Origin: Macrostomum lignano
Taxonomy: Eukaryota
NCBI GenBank assembly: GCA_002269645.1
Contig: NIVC01001081.1
Location: 298,436-362,435, forward strand
DNA length: 64,000 nucleotides
Direction of reading: 5' to 3'
Shown piece by piece: positions 31,570 to 44,421 of this stretch. Both the position numbers and the translations under genes were made by a program. The notes beneath the pieces were generated by a model, which ran no database searches, was not told where the DNA came from, and was given only the letters and a program-made list of their open reading frames with translations. How positions within the stretch are numbered: the stretch's first letter is position 1; every line of letters starts with the position of its first letter.

Positions 31570-34500
31570 TTAATTACCTTGAATTTCGACCTCCATTCCA
31601 ATGTCTGGCAGGTCCGGATCGTCTTCTTCTAGCACTTCGGGATGGCGTAGGCTCGGTTCAAAGAGTTGGCTGCCTCGCAGATCGGGCTGGGCTGCGGCCT
31701 GCGGCTCTGATGCGGGCTGATTAACTGAATCCGTTTCGCTTTCCTCGCTGGACTCGTAGGGCAACATCGGCCGCTCAGTTTGTTGCGGCGGCTCCTGCGG
31801 TCGTTCAGCCATTGTTCGCGGCACTTTTATGATATTGTTCCGGTGTACAAGCACCTCAGCTGGGCGTCCTCGTCGTGCTGTGGCAGGTCTGATCCAATAG
31901 GCAACTTCGCCGACTTTCTTCACAACTTTATACATGCTCTTATACGGCCGGTGAAACTTGGGCAACTCTCCCAGCTCGAGCTTCGGGTTGGCCAGGCAGA
32001 CCAGATCTTCGGGCTGCAGTTCCACAGGTTTTGGCCGGTTCTCATAGTACTCTTCTCGGCGTTGGATTTCTGCTCTCAGTCGCTGTCTCACAATACGTTC
32101 AGTTTCGGCCAGTCTACGCTGATGTTTGGCAATGTACTCCGGGAGGTCAGCTGATATGTCCAGGCGGTCCAGGGTGTTGTCGATAGGATATCGATAGGGC
32201 ACTCCATAAACGACATAGTGCGGCGAGAACCCGGTAGTACGATTGACGGCAGATCTTAGTGCAGTCAAAGCGGCTGGCAGCATCTTGTCCCACTGTTGAT
32301 GATCTTCTAGGAGACAGGTGAGCACTTTCTTAATATTTTTATTGCACGATTCAGCTTGTCCGTTTGCCCAGGGCGAGTATGGCGGCGTCGTTGTCTGCCT
32401 GATGCCGTAGACTTCGCAGAAGTGTCGGAACTCATGCCCTGTAAACTGCTTGCCTTGATCCGAATGAATCCAAGCGGGGATTCCGGTGATTGGAAAGACT
32501 TGCTCTTGCAGGAGCGTGATTATCGTCTTAGCGCGCTGGTTCTTCATGGCGAAAGCGAATGGGTACTTTGACGTGGTGTCGACGTAGGTTAAGATGTACT
32601 TATTTCCTCGATCTGTCGGATCTCCAGTGGGGCCCAAAATGTCGATAGCACATCGCCCATAGATTTCGCAGACCGGAAACGACTGTACATGCGCCGGGAT
32701 TCGTCGCCGTCCTTTGCTTAAGGTGCAGGTCTGGCAGGAAGCGACGTAGTCGGACACTGCTTTGGCCAGAGCAGGTCGCCAGAAACGTTCGCGCACTTTA
32801 GCAATGGTGAGGTCTCGGCCCATGTGTCCGCAGTAGGGCGAACCATGCAGGTCGGCGAACACGGTGGCATCGAGACTCCTCGGCAGGACGATTCGCGCTT
32901 TGTCCACTTCTCCGACATCGTCGAGATGTATAACTAATAGTCCATCGTCTCGGACTTCTAATTGCTCATAAAACGCTAACAGATTTCGCTCGTCTCTCGT
33001 CATGTTCAGGCGTTGGTTCAGCGGCGGCTTCGGTTGTCGGGTTTCCAATAGATTGATCACCATGGCGATGGCAGAGTCAGCACGCTGATGGGTCTGGAGC
33101 TCCTCGCGAGTGACTGGCCTCGGGATGTGATCTGTTAGATTCAGAGTACGGCGACTGTCTGTAGGATTTGCTGGCGCGGCATCGGCTGTGGCGGCATGGT
33201 TCGGGGTCGGGAGCTCCCTACGCATGGTCGCTACTTGGACCGGTGGCCGGGCCGTTGCTGTCTTTGAAGGCCGATCCGTGTCGGGGCTTCGGCGTCACTG
33301 TCGTTAGAATTTGAATCGTCAGCAGATAATGATGAGTCAGCGGAGCTGTCGGCGTCGCTGCTGAATCTCACCTTCTTGAACTTAGGGCAGCGAGCGGGTT
33401 GGCAGCGGTCATCTCTGGCTGCACTGTGGTCGCTGTCCTCGTCACCTTCAGCTAGTAGTCGGCGGCTCCTCGTGGGGCAACATGTCGAACTGCTAAAGCT
33501 GGTGGGCGACCTCTGTGAGTCCCGGCAACGACTGGCAGATGGCCTCGACTTCGTCGCCGGCGGATGCAGCTCTGTCAGCGGCTTGCTGTCGGCTGTCGGT
33601 GTTGCGGGCGGCGTAGTCTCGCCGTTGGACTCAGTTGATTTCGTCGGCGGCTTTCGTCGGTGACGGCGGGTCGGTCGCTTCTTGCTCGGTAGAGGACTAG
33701 GGTGGCTGCTGTCGTGGACCTTCGGCGCCGCTGCGCCAGTTATCGCGGCTGGCTGCTTACTTTGGTCCCCGTCGGCTGCCTCGCGCTGAGCCTCCTCCAA
33801 GCATTCGGCGTCGTCCTCAGGCCGTCTAGAGAGGCCGTCGGCGTTCTGATGCTGACTTGACTTCCTGTGTTGAATCTCGAACTCGAATTCGCTCAGGCGT
33901 TGTAGCCATCTTCCAAAGATTCCTATTTGTTGAGTTCGCCTTAAGATCCAGGTTAATGCGGCATGATCGGTTCGGCAGATGAACTTCTTGGCCAGCAGGT
34001 AGAAGCGGAAATGTCGCATTCCGTCTACGACTGTCAACAGTTCCTGCTTCGTAATCGGATAGCGGGCTTCGGCTGGCTTGAGTCGCCGGGAGAAGTAGCC
34101 AATTGGGCGCTCGATTCCATCAGCTTGGCGTTGGCTCAGGCAGGCTCCGATCCTGGTCGCAGAAGCATCCGTGTCCAAGATAAACATTACTTCAGGATCC
34201 TCGCTGAACTGCGGATACGCGAGCACTGATGTCGAAGTCATAGCTGCCTTGAGCTGGTCGAACGCGTCTTGCTGGGCTTTTCCCCATAGACAATTGAAAT
34301 TCCGAATTTTCTTTTCTTTGATCAAATCATGGAGCGGAGCTGCAAGTTCTGCGTAGCCGGGTACGAATTTAGCATAATAAGCGCACGTGCAGACAAAGCT
34401 TTTAAGTTGCCGGGCTGTTCTTGGTCTTGGCCAGGTTTGGATTGCTTCAATTTTCGCCGGATCGGTCTTGATGCCGTCCTTAGTTACTAGGTGTCCCAAA

Positions 34501-36248
34501 TAATTTAGACTTTCCCGAAATAAATGGCACTTCTTGCCTTTGAACTTTAAGTTGGCGTCTTGCACTCGTTTGAAAACCTCTTCCATATGTTGAAGATGGT
34601 CGTTGAACTTCTTGGAGTAGACGATGACATCATCTAAGTAGGCAATTGCACTTTTGTAGGCTATCCCGTTGAGCACAGCATTCATAAGTCTCATGAAGCT
34701 GGCTGGAGCTGAGCTAAGTCCCATAGGCATAACATTGTAGGCGAATTGTCCGCGGTGCAGCGTAGCGAATGCAGTCAGATCTTGATCTTCTGGACGCAGA
34801 GGAATCTGATAGTAGCCGCTATTTAAATCGAATGTACTAAACAGCTGGCTTCCTTCGAGACTGGCGAACGCTTCTTGAATATTAGGAATCGGGTACGGAA
34901 AGTACTCACATTTCTGATTCAAACTTCGAAAGTCTTGTACAATCCTCAGGCTGCCGTCCTTCTTCGGGATGATCACCAGCGGGGTGTTGTAGCTGGAAAA
35001 GCTTGGTCTGATCACACCTTTGGCAAGAAGATCGTCTAGCAGCTGATCCACCTTCGGTAACAGATGTGGCGGAATCCTTCGCGTCGGCAGGTGTACCGGA
35101 TCCTTGTCCTTTAGTACGATGTTATGGGTGACCAGATGAGTTCGGCCGAGATCGTGTGGCCCCTGGGAAAAGATGTTCTTGTACTTCTTTAGCAGCTCGA
35201 TGACTTGAGCGCGCTGGTCACTGGACAGGTCCTCGCCGATATCGATCTCCTTGATCCAAGCGTCCGGATCTTCGTCTTGGATTTGCTTGACGGAGTCTTC
35301 TGACTTCAGTAGCGGGAAGAACTGTAGCTCGGGCAGTCTGATTGGTCTTGCTATCCCGACTAGGGCGTTCGCTCGCACTTTGATGGCTGTAGTGCCTCGA
35401 TTGATCATCTCTATTGCGCCTTCTCCATTCGCCATTGATATCAGGGCAGGCGCGGCGTCCAGATGCTGCACATCGTCTTCGCGCCGAGCCGGTTTCAGCG
35501 GCTCGATCACAGCGGGTGTCCCTTGGTTTTCCTCGCGTCCTTTTGCTAATTTAATTTTAATTCGGGCTGAAGATAATGGTGGCACAGTAGTGCTCTCGGC
35601 GGTATAAATTCTGCACGTGGTAGCTTCAGTTCGCGTGTAGCGAAGCGGTGCGGCAGTGCCGTCCTTGAAAAACAGCATCCCGGCGACGAGATCTAGTGAG
35701 GTGCTGTACTTCTCCAGAAACTCGAAGCCTAGGATGTTGTCGTGAGATCCCTTTGCTAGCAGAAACTTAACTGTCGGCTCAAAACTTCCGATTTTAATTT
35801 TGATAGTTAGTTGGCCTGCCATCTGAATTGGTTCTCCGTTGTAGGTCACGATGCGTTGCTGGCAGGGCTCGATTTGGCCACGCAGGGTTGGGTCATCAGT
35901 ACATAAACGGTGCCAGGTGCTGAATCCTAAGACTTCGCACTTGGAGCCAGTGTCAAGAAGAAAAGCAAAATAGCGGCCCTGAATCTCACCAGTTAGAAAT
36001 GGATCCCTTCGAGGTCGCTTGGGTGCAGAGTTCTGTACAGGTGCGGAGGCGGTCTCAGCAGTGGCCTGCTGAGCGACTAAAGTCCTCGGCGGGGACTTCA
36101 GTGCTGGCTCGGCTGCTGGATGGCGCTGCCCCCGATGGCGCGTCCAGCCGTCGCGTTTCCCGAGCTGCCGTTGCGCTGGGACGCGTTGCTGGCCGACCGT
36201 CGGTGCGGGCACTCGTCGGCGCGGTGCTCGCGGTTGCACCTGTAACAC
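31570..36248 (-). pseudogene. pol: Gypsy pol copy 2, split by a 1-bp deletion in a G-run (33283-33286) before the integrase
   Basis: GTCGGGGCTT versus GTCGGGGGCTT in copy 1 (23779-23783); otherwise the same translation; may be a homopolymer consensus error. Confidence 0.85.
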
Positions 36249-37495
36249 ATTGCACTCTGCCGCCGCAACTGATAAGGCGGCTGGCGCGAACTCGACTGTT
36301 GCTGCGGCTGCTGCTGCAGCTGTCGACGTTGACCTCCTGCTGGCGGCGTTCTCGGCGGCGGGTTGCTACCGTCGCGGGGTTGCTGAAGTCGATGGAACTG
36401 TTGATGCTGCACATGGCGTGTGCCGGGTGTCGTAAATTGTGCGCTTCCGTCGGCGCTGCGGCGAGGAGTCGGAGGTACCAAACATCTGGAGCGTTGGCCC
36501 CACGAGTCCCGCGGCTGATGGCGAGCTGGTTCCCATGGCTCCGGGGTGTCGTTGTCGCGCGATCCCCGCGAGTAGAACTCTCGCATTTCGTTGCTTAATG
36601 TTTCCAGAATTCGTCGCTGCTCTTGCAGACTCTCGGTTTGTTGTTCCATCACTGCACGCAACCAGTTTTCCTCGGGTCGAGATGACTTGGCGTCGTGTTG
36701 CGCCACAGTGGGCGTCTGACTGTCGTCATTCTCGAGAACTCGTACATGTCTCGCTGCTGGCGGCGGTGCTACTCGCTGAGCCAGGCTAGCTGCTGTCTCC
36801 AGGCGTAGCACAGCCCTTCTCGCGGCGGTCAGATTCTGCGGTCTCACCAGGATTAGCTGTTCTCGGGCCGACTGGGCGATTCGCACTCCTACCGTGAACT
36901 GGTCCACCAGCTCAGCTTGCTTTTGCACCGGAGTAAAGTGCGGGAACGCTTTGTCGGCCAGAGCAATAAGTCGATCACCGTAATCGTCAACGCTCTCGTT
37001 CTTGCCTTGCTGGCAGCTTCGGAATTGCTCGCGATACTCCAGCGTGTCGGCCACATGCGTAAAACGTTCAGACAAACGCTGTTTAAACTCACCAAACGTT
37101 AGGTTGTCTGGCAGCTCCATCCTGACGACTGCGGGATAGGTTGTGGCGATGTCCAAATTCACAAGGACCTCCGCCTTCTTACGTCTGTCGTCTGTGATCC
37201 CGTTGAGCTCGCATCGCTCCTCCAGGGCCTGGATCCAGACGTCAAATTCCTGGTTCTGAGTGTACCGTTGAATCTTAACCGGTTTTGGCGCTGGAGCTCG
37301 ATCCTGCTGCTGGGGCTGCTGGTACACGTGGTGATGGTGTTGCGGCTGGCCCAGGCTGGTCTGCTCCAAGCGTCGGCGCACCTCGTCGGTCACCGCGCGA
37401 ATCATCTCGTCGTAGGTCGGTCTGGTCGCTGAATTGTCTGGGCCCGCGGCGTCGGCTGTCGCGTCCGCGGCCGTTGAATTAGTTGCTGAAGCCAT
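36098..37495 (-). CDS. gag: Gypsy gag, copy 2
   Basis: Identical translation to copy 1. Confidence 0.92.
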   Translation of the reverse strand: MASATNSTAADATADAAGPDNSATRPTYDEMIRAVTDEVRRRLEQTSLGQPQHHHHVYQQPQQQDRAPAPKPVKIQRYTQNQEFDVWIQALEERCELNGITDDRRKKAEVLVNLDIATTYPAVVRMELPDNLTFGEFKQRLSERFTHVADTLEYREQFRSCQQGKNESVDDYGDRLIALADKAFPHFTPVQKQAELVDQFTVGVRIAQSAREQLILVRPQNLTAARRAVLRLETAASLAQRVAPPPAARHVRVLENDDSQTPTVAQHDAKSSRPEENWLRAVMEQQTESLQEQRRILETLSNEMREFYSRGSRDNDTPEPWEPARHQPRDSWGQRSRCLVPPTPRRSADGSAQFTTPGTRHVQHQQFHRLQQPRDGSNPPPRTPPAGGQRRQLQQQPQQQSSSRQPPYQLRRQSAMCYRCNREHRADECPHRRSASNASQRNGSSGNATAGRAIGGSAIQQPSQH

Positions 37496-37565
37496 AGCGT
37501 TGTAGTTTCTGAACGACTCGTCGAATGGATTGTGGTGTTTCGATATCCCACTTAGCTGACACCAA

Positions 37566-38641
37566 TGAGGTGGGGCGGAGAAAGGTTTAAAACAAGAAAT
37601 TTTTCGAAAGTTGGTCGTTTGAAAAGCTGGGTTTCCTCGAAACCGAACGGCGTTGAGTTCGCACGAATTGAATCCGGAAAAATCCGTGTGGCCGAATCCC
37701 AATAGAATGTCTCGTAGATACTCCGACTGCCGGGGTCCTCAATCCCGGGGGGAGGGTAGTTTAGTCGTAGACGAGCGGTCTTCGTTGGCGCGAGCGTTCA
37801 GAACGGGTCCTCAGACACCGAATTTATCGTATCTCGTATGTTTGACTTAACTGGTTACTAACAGTAGAGTAGCGCTGCCACCACCGTAATTCGCGTATTA
37901 CGGAACGTTGGAGTCTCAGAACTTGCTTCGAGATGAGACTGGGTTGTTTTACGCCCCACGGGCAAATGACTCAAAATAAGCTAGGCTTCAGGCTATTAAT
38001 AAAAATTAACGTAAAATCGACTGTTTTATTAGTTCGTAAAAGTTCAGGTAGTAAAAGTATAAGGGACCGAAACCTACTCCGGCGGATGATTTGCCGGTGC
38101 CGCGGTGCACGACTGAATAAAACGGCTTACGCTAGTTGTAGTTAGATTGGGCGAATTAAATATTAGTTGTTAAATTGAATAGGGAGAGAGAGCGAGGGTG
38201 GGCAGAAAAACCTAAACCAAACTAAAACCAAACTAAACCTAACAAAACACAACACAACTAAAAATTGGGCAGCACTAGGGCACCATTAAATAGAGAAAAG
38301 GAGCGCAAAAGATGGACAAATGGGGTCAAACATTGGTGGCAAAAGGCGGTCACGGGGTCCAAGCATCGAACAAACAAAAAGACACGGAAAGATAGGGAGT
38401 TAAACAAAATTTCCAAAAGAGGGACGCGGAGGACCAGAAAAAGGAGTGGGAAGACCAACGCAAGAACGGGGAGACTGACGAAATAAGCCAACGACTGGGG
38501 GCACAGGGTGGACACAGAGGACCAAAAACTGGGGACAGCGGGAATGGGTCAAAAGGTGGTTTATTAAGTCGCGTAAAATAAATTTAAAAATTGAAATAAT
38601 AAAGTTCGCGAAATTGTTAGTGGCAGCCCCCAACTGCCACA
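37566..38641 (-). repeat. LTR 3 (5'-most LTR, 1076 bp)
   Basis: Homology stops at 38641, followed by TSD CTAC; PBS adjacent. Confidence 0.95.
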
Positions 38642-39474
38642 CTACCGCGCTCATTTCCGCGCTTGGTTCTTTGTTCGACAAATCATTTGACATTTTAAAG
38701 GCCAAAACCTCTCAGGTATTGTTAGTTTTCTTCCTTTAAGTCGTCTGAAAAAAGCTGTTGCATTATATGTTCCTTTTCTTAGCTGAAGAATTCATTAGTT
38801 TTTTGTTGAATTTATTTCTTGTATTTTTGTTTAGTTATCAAAGAAACGTAATGAAAAAATAGGGTTGTAAAGGAGGGCTAGCCTTAGGCCCCTACAATTA
38901 CGTGGCTACGTGCTTAATGGTATGTCACTAGGGCACAAATAGGTTAGGTTTATTATTTTTGAGTGGTAGCTAAATTGGTTTTCTGGGCGGGTAAAGCAAG
39001 CGGGCTTTAGCCGTTTTTAATGGCTGAGCAACCTGCCTCGCTGCCCCCCTTTTTTATCGCCCCGACCTTGTACTTGTGCTTGCTTTTACGCGCTGTACAT
39101 ATGTGCTCTGACTCAATACCCATAATCCCCAGTGTGGGACTATGTTTTAATATACATTGCTCCGCTTAACGCAAGAGGGCACTGCTGCTGCTTCAAATTT
39201 ATCATTTTTGCCACAATATACTTGAAAAATGCGGGCCCTACTTGCTTTGGGGCCTGCCTTGCTGTGCTCGATTGCCCACTTGCTCATCTCTGTTCTTCCC
39301 CACCTCCACCTCTAGACATTAATTAAAAAATTCAAATTAACACTTGACAGACTTGACCATAATTTTTAATTTCAATCAGCATTTACAAAATATTCTTTCT
39401 TAGTATGACTAAGCCAATATAGTTGTCAACTTTGGTTCATAAATTTATTTCTTAGAACACATTATATAAGCTAT

Positions 39475-39912
39475 TGAGGTGGGGGTGGAGAAAAAATTAT
39501 TATGGTGTCTTTGGCAGTTTGAACACTGGTAATAGGCTGCTAACACCAGTTAGGCAGGTAGATTTCATGTTTGAACTGCCGCCTGTGTTGTCTTGGCACT
39601 TGTTAAGCTAGAAAATTTCACAAATAGATGTGTTTTAACTTCTCCTTGATACTCCATCTGCTGGGTCCTCAATTCTGGGGGAAGGTAGTTGTAATTGCAG
39701 TTGAATAGTCTTTTAGTGGCACAGTCATTCCAAATTGGTCCTCAGACACTGTAAAATTTGTGATCTGTTGATATGCTCAGTTTGTTACTCTTAGTAGCAA
39801 AGTAGCATTGCCACCAGCGTAATTTCGTATTATGGAATGATAGAGGTCTCAGAGCTTTCTTTGAGTTGAGACTAATTGGTTATTCTATACCCCATGGGCA
39901 AATGACTCAATA
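39475..39912 (-). mobile_element. Old, CpG-depleted LTR fragment of the same Gypsy superfamily
   Basis: Starts TGAGGTGGGG like the other LTR ends; shares GGGTCCTCA, GTCTCAG..TGAGAC and GGGCAAATGACTCAA blocks with LTRs 1-3, and a 230-bp block with 43858-44085. Confidence 0.85.
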
Positions 39913-42144
39913 GAGACTAAAAGGCTTTGATTAGGAACAACTGAATAAATGAATAAATTTTGGCCATAGCTTATTGTTATTATTATTTGCGCAATATAAA
40001 CAAATAATAATACCTGGTAATAATGAAAATTACTTCCTTAGCTCCTATATTGTATACTAATATATGCTATTAGACTTTTATTACAAATGAAAATAAATAT
40101 GCCAAATAAAAGATAAAAAATGACAATCAATATTTTAGGCTCATAATATTTTAATCTTTTTAAAAAAGATAATTAAAAATTATTAATATTTACTTAACTA
40201 TGACTTTAGTCAGAATCAATTTATTTTAATTACATGTATTTTAGATTATAGAATTATATTATTAGAAAAGTTAAACACAATTTCTTTTTGATATTTTTTT
40301 ATTTTTGATCAAAATTTAGTTATTCTATCTATGCACATAGTCAGATAGACTACCCCATAGTTTGGAAGGCAACATGTATATCATGAAATCGTGGTATACA
40401 ACAAGGGTACTTGCTATTTTTCAGTGTACATCAGCATACATCTCAATGTATATAATAATAGAAAATTTTTGGCTTATATCTGTGGCATAGCTACATACAT
40501 GTTAGAATCAATTAAAGTGACTTTATGTAAATTAAGCTACATGCAACACTATCAACATGGAACACAGAATAATAAAAAAATTTAAACTTTTTGCCATAAA
40601 AAACCTTTTTTCTCTCCTATTTTTAGCAAATAAAAAGTATTTTATTTTATAATTGTCTTTTCTCCATGCACATTGCAAGAGTGTATAATTTTAAGTTTGT
40701 TAATCTGCATAAATAATGAATTCAAAGAAGGAAAAATGTGTACAACTTAGGTATACATAGTTGAAAACATTTTTTGTCCCAATGTACAAATGTGGTCATA
40801 TAGGCTATTTTTCTTCTACTAGTCCTGGCATACACTAATACACAATCCAAACTATGGAGACTACCAAGCTTGAACTTATTCATTTTTTGTACACTAACTA
40901 TGTACATTGATAAGGACTTGGAACTTGGTCTACCTACTATTTATATGCCAAGCAGCCAAACTATATACCAATAAGTTTGCCAAGCCTTTTTGTACACCAA
41001 TTTTTGTATATCAATTTGTATATATTTGTATATATTAGATCTCTCTAAGTCTCTATATGCTGATATCAAAGCTTTCCACAGCAGACGGGATAAGTTGGCA
41101 AGGTCATTGGAGTTGTTGAAGTCAACAACACAGCATCTAGGGTTGTCAGCAATGGCCTTCTGTATAAAACGAAGTCATGTATTATTGCTTTGGTTTAGAA
41201 TCAACTTCCATACAACTACATGTACCATAATTCAACTGAATATCAATAAAATCAGCATGAATTAGGGAACATTGTGTCGCCTTTTGTGTTCTCACTAAGC
41301 CGGGAAATCTTTAAAGGTAGCTCCAATCCTCCCAGTCCTCAAAGTCAAGCTGCTCTTCAAATTCACAAAGCCATTTCATCTTTCTCTGGTGCATGCTGCT
41401 TTTAAAATGTATTTTGGAGAAGCAGGAAAGCTGAAACTGAACAGAATTAGAAATAATTTTTAGTATATAGGATGTTAGTTAAAAATGGCAGTAAAGCAAT
41501 GTTTGGCAGTAAAAGTCGCACAACTTAGCCTATCTTTCCTAAAGAGTTCGAAAAGCCTTTTTTTTCAACTAAAGAGAAAGAGAAGAAAAGTGAGATCTTA
41601 GGCATATGTAGTTATAAAAACAACTATAAGAGTACACACTCTAGAAATACACACTCTAGAAATATATACTAAGAGATTGTAGGAGTATAGCTATAAATTT
41701 AATAGAAATGAAATGAAGCAGAAAAGTACAAAGTAATTGTATATAGCATTATTAAACATGCACAAAGCACCACAACGTTCTTAAAAATGAAGTAATAAAT
41801 GGACTTCTCGTATTAAAAAATGCATTAATATACACTTGAGTATAGCTTACTAATAGTAAAACATAGTTTTCAAAGGACGAGCAAATTGGCAGGTTAGAGG
41901 GGACAGAGCAGGTTGGAGGGGACAACAAAGAATGGACAAATAGACAAATATGAGTAAATAGACAAACCCGAAAACACAAAGCAGCGAATTATATGATGAC
42001 AGAAAAGTCAGCACACATGGCTGGGACAAGTCAGACTCATTAAATTCCCAAAGTGAAGATATTCACAAATTCACAATGGAATGTCACGACAAGTAAAGAA
42101 ATGAAGTGACACGATGGAAGTTAAGCACAACTGTGGTCGATAGA

Positions 42145-44421
42145 TTATTTCTTGGCACGCTGGAAATGACTCTTCCACATATTGATGAAGCTGTTCATTT
42201 GGTCGTCGACTTCGCGTCGCTGTTCTGCGGTAAATCCCCTCAGGGTCGCGTGAGTTTTCACATGCGATGAGTAAGCCCGCTTACTCGGCTTAACTGGGCT
42301 CCTGCTCTTTGGTCCGTTGTTTGTCAACAGCTCTTTGATTATCAAATTGATTTTTTGCCCAACGCTCGAGTCCATCTTCCCAATGGACGCCCTCCGCCTT
42401 TTTAGAATTTCTTCACTTCGGGAATTGCCGCATGTCCGAAAGACTACATTGACTAGGCTGCCTTTTTTCGGTGCTGGATTAGCCACGTCGGCATCTGACC
42501 TGCGGCTGTCGTCAGCACTCCGTCGTCGGGAATTACCACGTGCTGGAGAGGTAAGGCTGACCGTGCTTACTCTTTTGTGTGCTGGACTAGCCACATCGTC
42601 ATCTGAGCTGCCGCACTCGTCAGCACTCGTCGTCGGAGCAGACCGGGCTCTCGTTGGGATCAGCAATTACGGCGGATTTGCCTTTAGAAAAAGAAGAACG
42701 CGGCTTTGCCTCGAAGGACGCACTGCTCGATTCTCTTACAGCAGTTTTTTGGCCTTCATGGATGAGACAGAACTTTGAAACACGTTCACAGCCGCATCGC
42801 GTCGAGGCTTGTCTTGTACTGTTGGCGACAAGCGGCGAGAACTTGAGGAAGCGACGTTAGCAGCCGCATCGCGTCGAGGCTTGTCTTGTACTGTTGGCGA
42901 CAAGCGGCGAGAACCTGAAGAAACGACGTTAGCAGCCGCATCGCGTCGAGGCTTGTCTTGTACTGTTGGCGACAAGCGGCGAGAACCTGAAGAAACGACG
43001 TTAGCAGCGTTGAGTGGATACTCCGTTGGAAGAATTGTTGACGCTGGCCTGAATGAGCCGTCAGAAATAAATTCACTGTCGTGTTGACCCTTAATCTCCG
43101 CCCTGGAAAACGAATAATGAAGTACAAAGCAAAAGATAAAAGAATCAGAAGACAGAAAAGGCAAGTGAAGTACAGGTGTCTAGTTGGTCTGGAGATGGCC
43201 TGGTAGGTCTTGAAATCCCACCGCTGCCACCAGTGAAGTACTTGCTCTTGCCTGTGGTTCTTGACTAGAAGCTTCCGATCCGATAGAGGCGCTGCCACCA
43301 ATGGAGTGCTGAGGGCCGTCTCGGGTTGTCTCGGGACGGTCTGGCTGATCTCCTAGCGCTGGGCGATGACCTCTGGTCGGTGGTTTCTTAGTTCTCGTAG
43401 CGTAGGTAGTGCTGGCACCAGCTTCGCAGAGTCGCAGCCTTCGGTGAGGTGCTGAGCTCGTATAAGCAAATAACTAAGACGAGAGAGACAGACTCGCACT
43501 TCGTGCAGATTTAGCAGTTCTTGAGCAGAGGTGTCCGCAGTCAGCAGTCCCTGCCGGGCTAGTGCGGGGTTAGAGCGATGGTGCTAGCTTCGGGCGATCT
43601 AAGCTGGCCTGCTAATTGATAGCAGGAGCAAAGATCAAACCTGCACACAACTGAGAGCCTTGGGCTGAAGGGAATCTCGGAGACTGGTTGAAATAGAGAG
43701 GCAGAAAAACGCTTGTCTGAGCCAAGCCATGAGAGGGGCTGCATCTATAGGGAGAATCGTTTGCACCATAGTGAGGTAGGGGCGGAGAAGAAAATAAACT
43801 TTGAAATCGGTCGGTTGCTGACACCAATGAGATGGGGCGGTTAAACTTTAAATTGCTGCCTGTGTTGTCTCGGCACTCGTAAAGCCGGAAAATTTCACGA
43901 ACTGATGCGTTTAGCTTCTCCTTTGATACTCCGTCTGCCGGGTCCTCAATTCCTGGGGGAGGGTAGTCGTAATTCGCAATCGAGCAGTCTTTTAACGGCA
44001 CGGTCGTTCAATTGGGTCCTCAGACGCCGTAAATTTCGTAAACTGTCGATATGCTCGGTTTGTTACTATCAGTAGTAAAGTAGCGAACACACGGAAACGA
44101 CAAGCATGAGAGCAAAATTGGTTAAAACAAACGTATAAATAGTATTGGACACGACTAATCCCAGGGGGTGGGGCACCGAGTGGGACAGAGAAAGGAGCAC
44201 CCAAAGGAAAAGGGGAAAAACCGGCCGCTGGACACAGTAAAACAGACAAGGGATGGGGCAGCGATTGGAGCAAACAGAGAAGCAACGGACGGGACAACCA
44301 GGGGAACAGTCAAGGGAACAACCGATGAAAAAAATGACGTCAGTCCGTCAGTAGATGGAAAACCGCCTTGTTCGCGCTAGCGACCGCTGTCGTCCTCCGA
44401 GTGGTAGACCGGCCTACCACA
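42145..44421 (-). mobile_element. Related LTR element remnant (5' LTR 43828-44421, PBS 43817-43826, internal region without gag/pol motifs)
   Basis: LTR begins TGTGGTAG and ends TCA, followed by TTGGTGTCAGC; U5 block homologous to LTRs 1-3; internal Ser/Arg-rich broken ORFs (42736-43105, 42145-42666). Confidence 0.7.
42789..43007. repeat. 72-bp x3 repeat encoding a 24-aa unit (AANVVSSGSRRLSPTVQDKPRRDA) on the minus strand
   Basis: Unit starts at 42789, 42861 and 42933. Confidence 0.9.

Larger units (their letters stand above)
18557..38641 (-). mobile_element. Tandem Ty3/Gypsy provirus: two 9.5-kb units sharing three LTRs, single 4-bp TSD CTAC
   Basis: Period about 9505 bp, near-identical units; CTAC at 18553-18556 and 38642-38645; LTR termini TGT..TCA on the minus strand. 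Confidence 0.95.

Noticed and set aside
39475-44421. Old LTR (39475) and LTR 43828-44421 as the two ends of one element
   Set aside because: Flanks CTAT and ATAG are not direct repeats; the LTRs differ by large indels and have opposite CpG states
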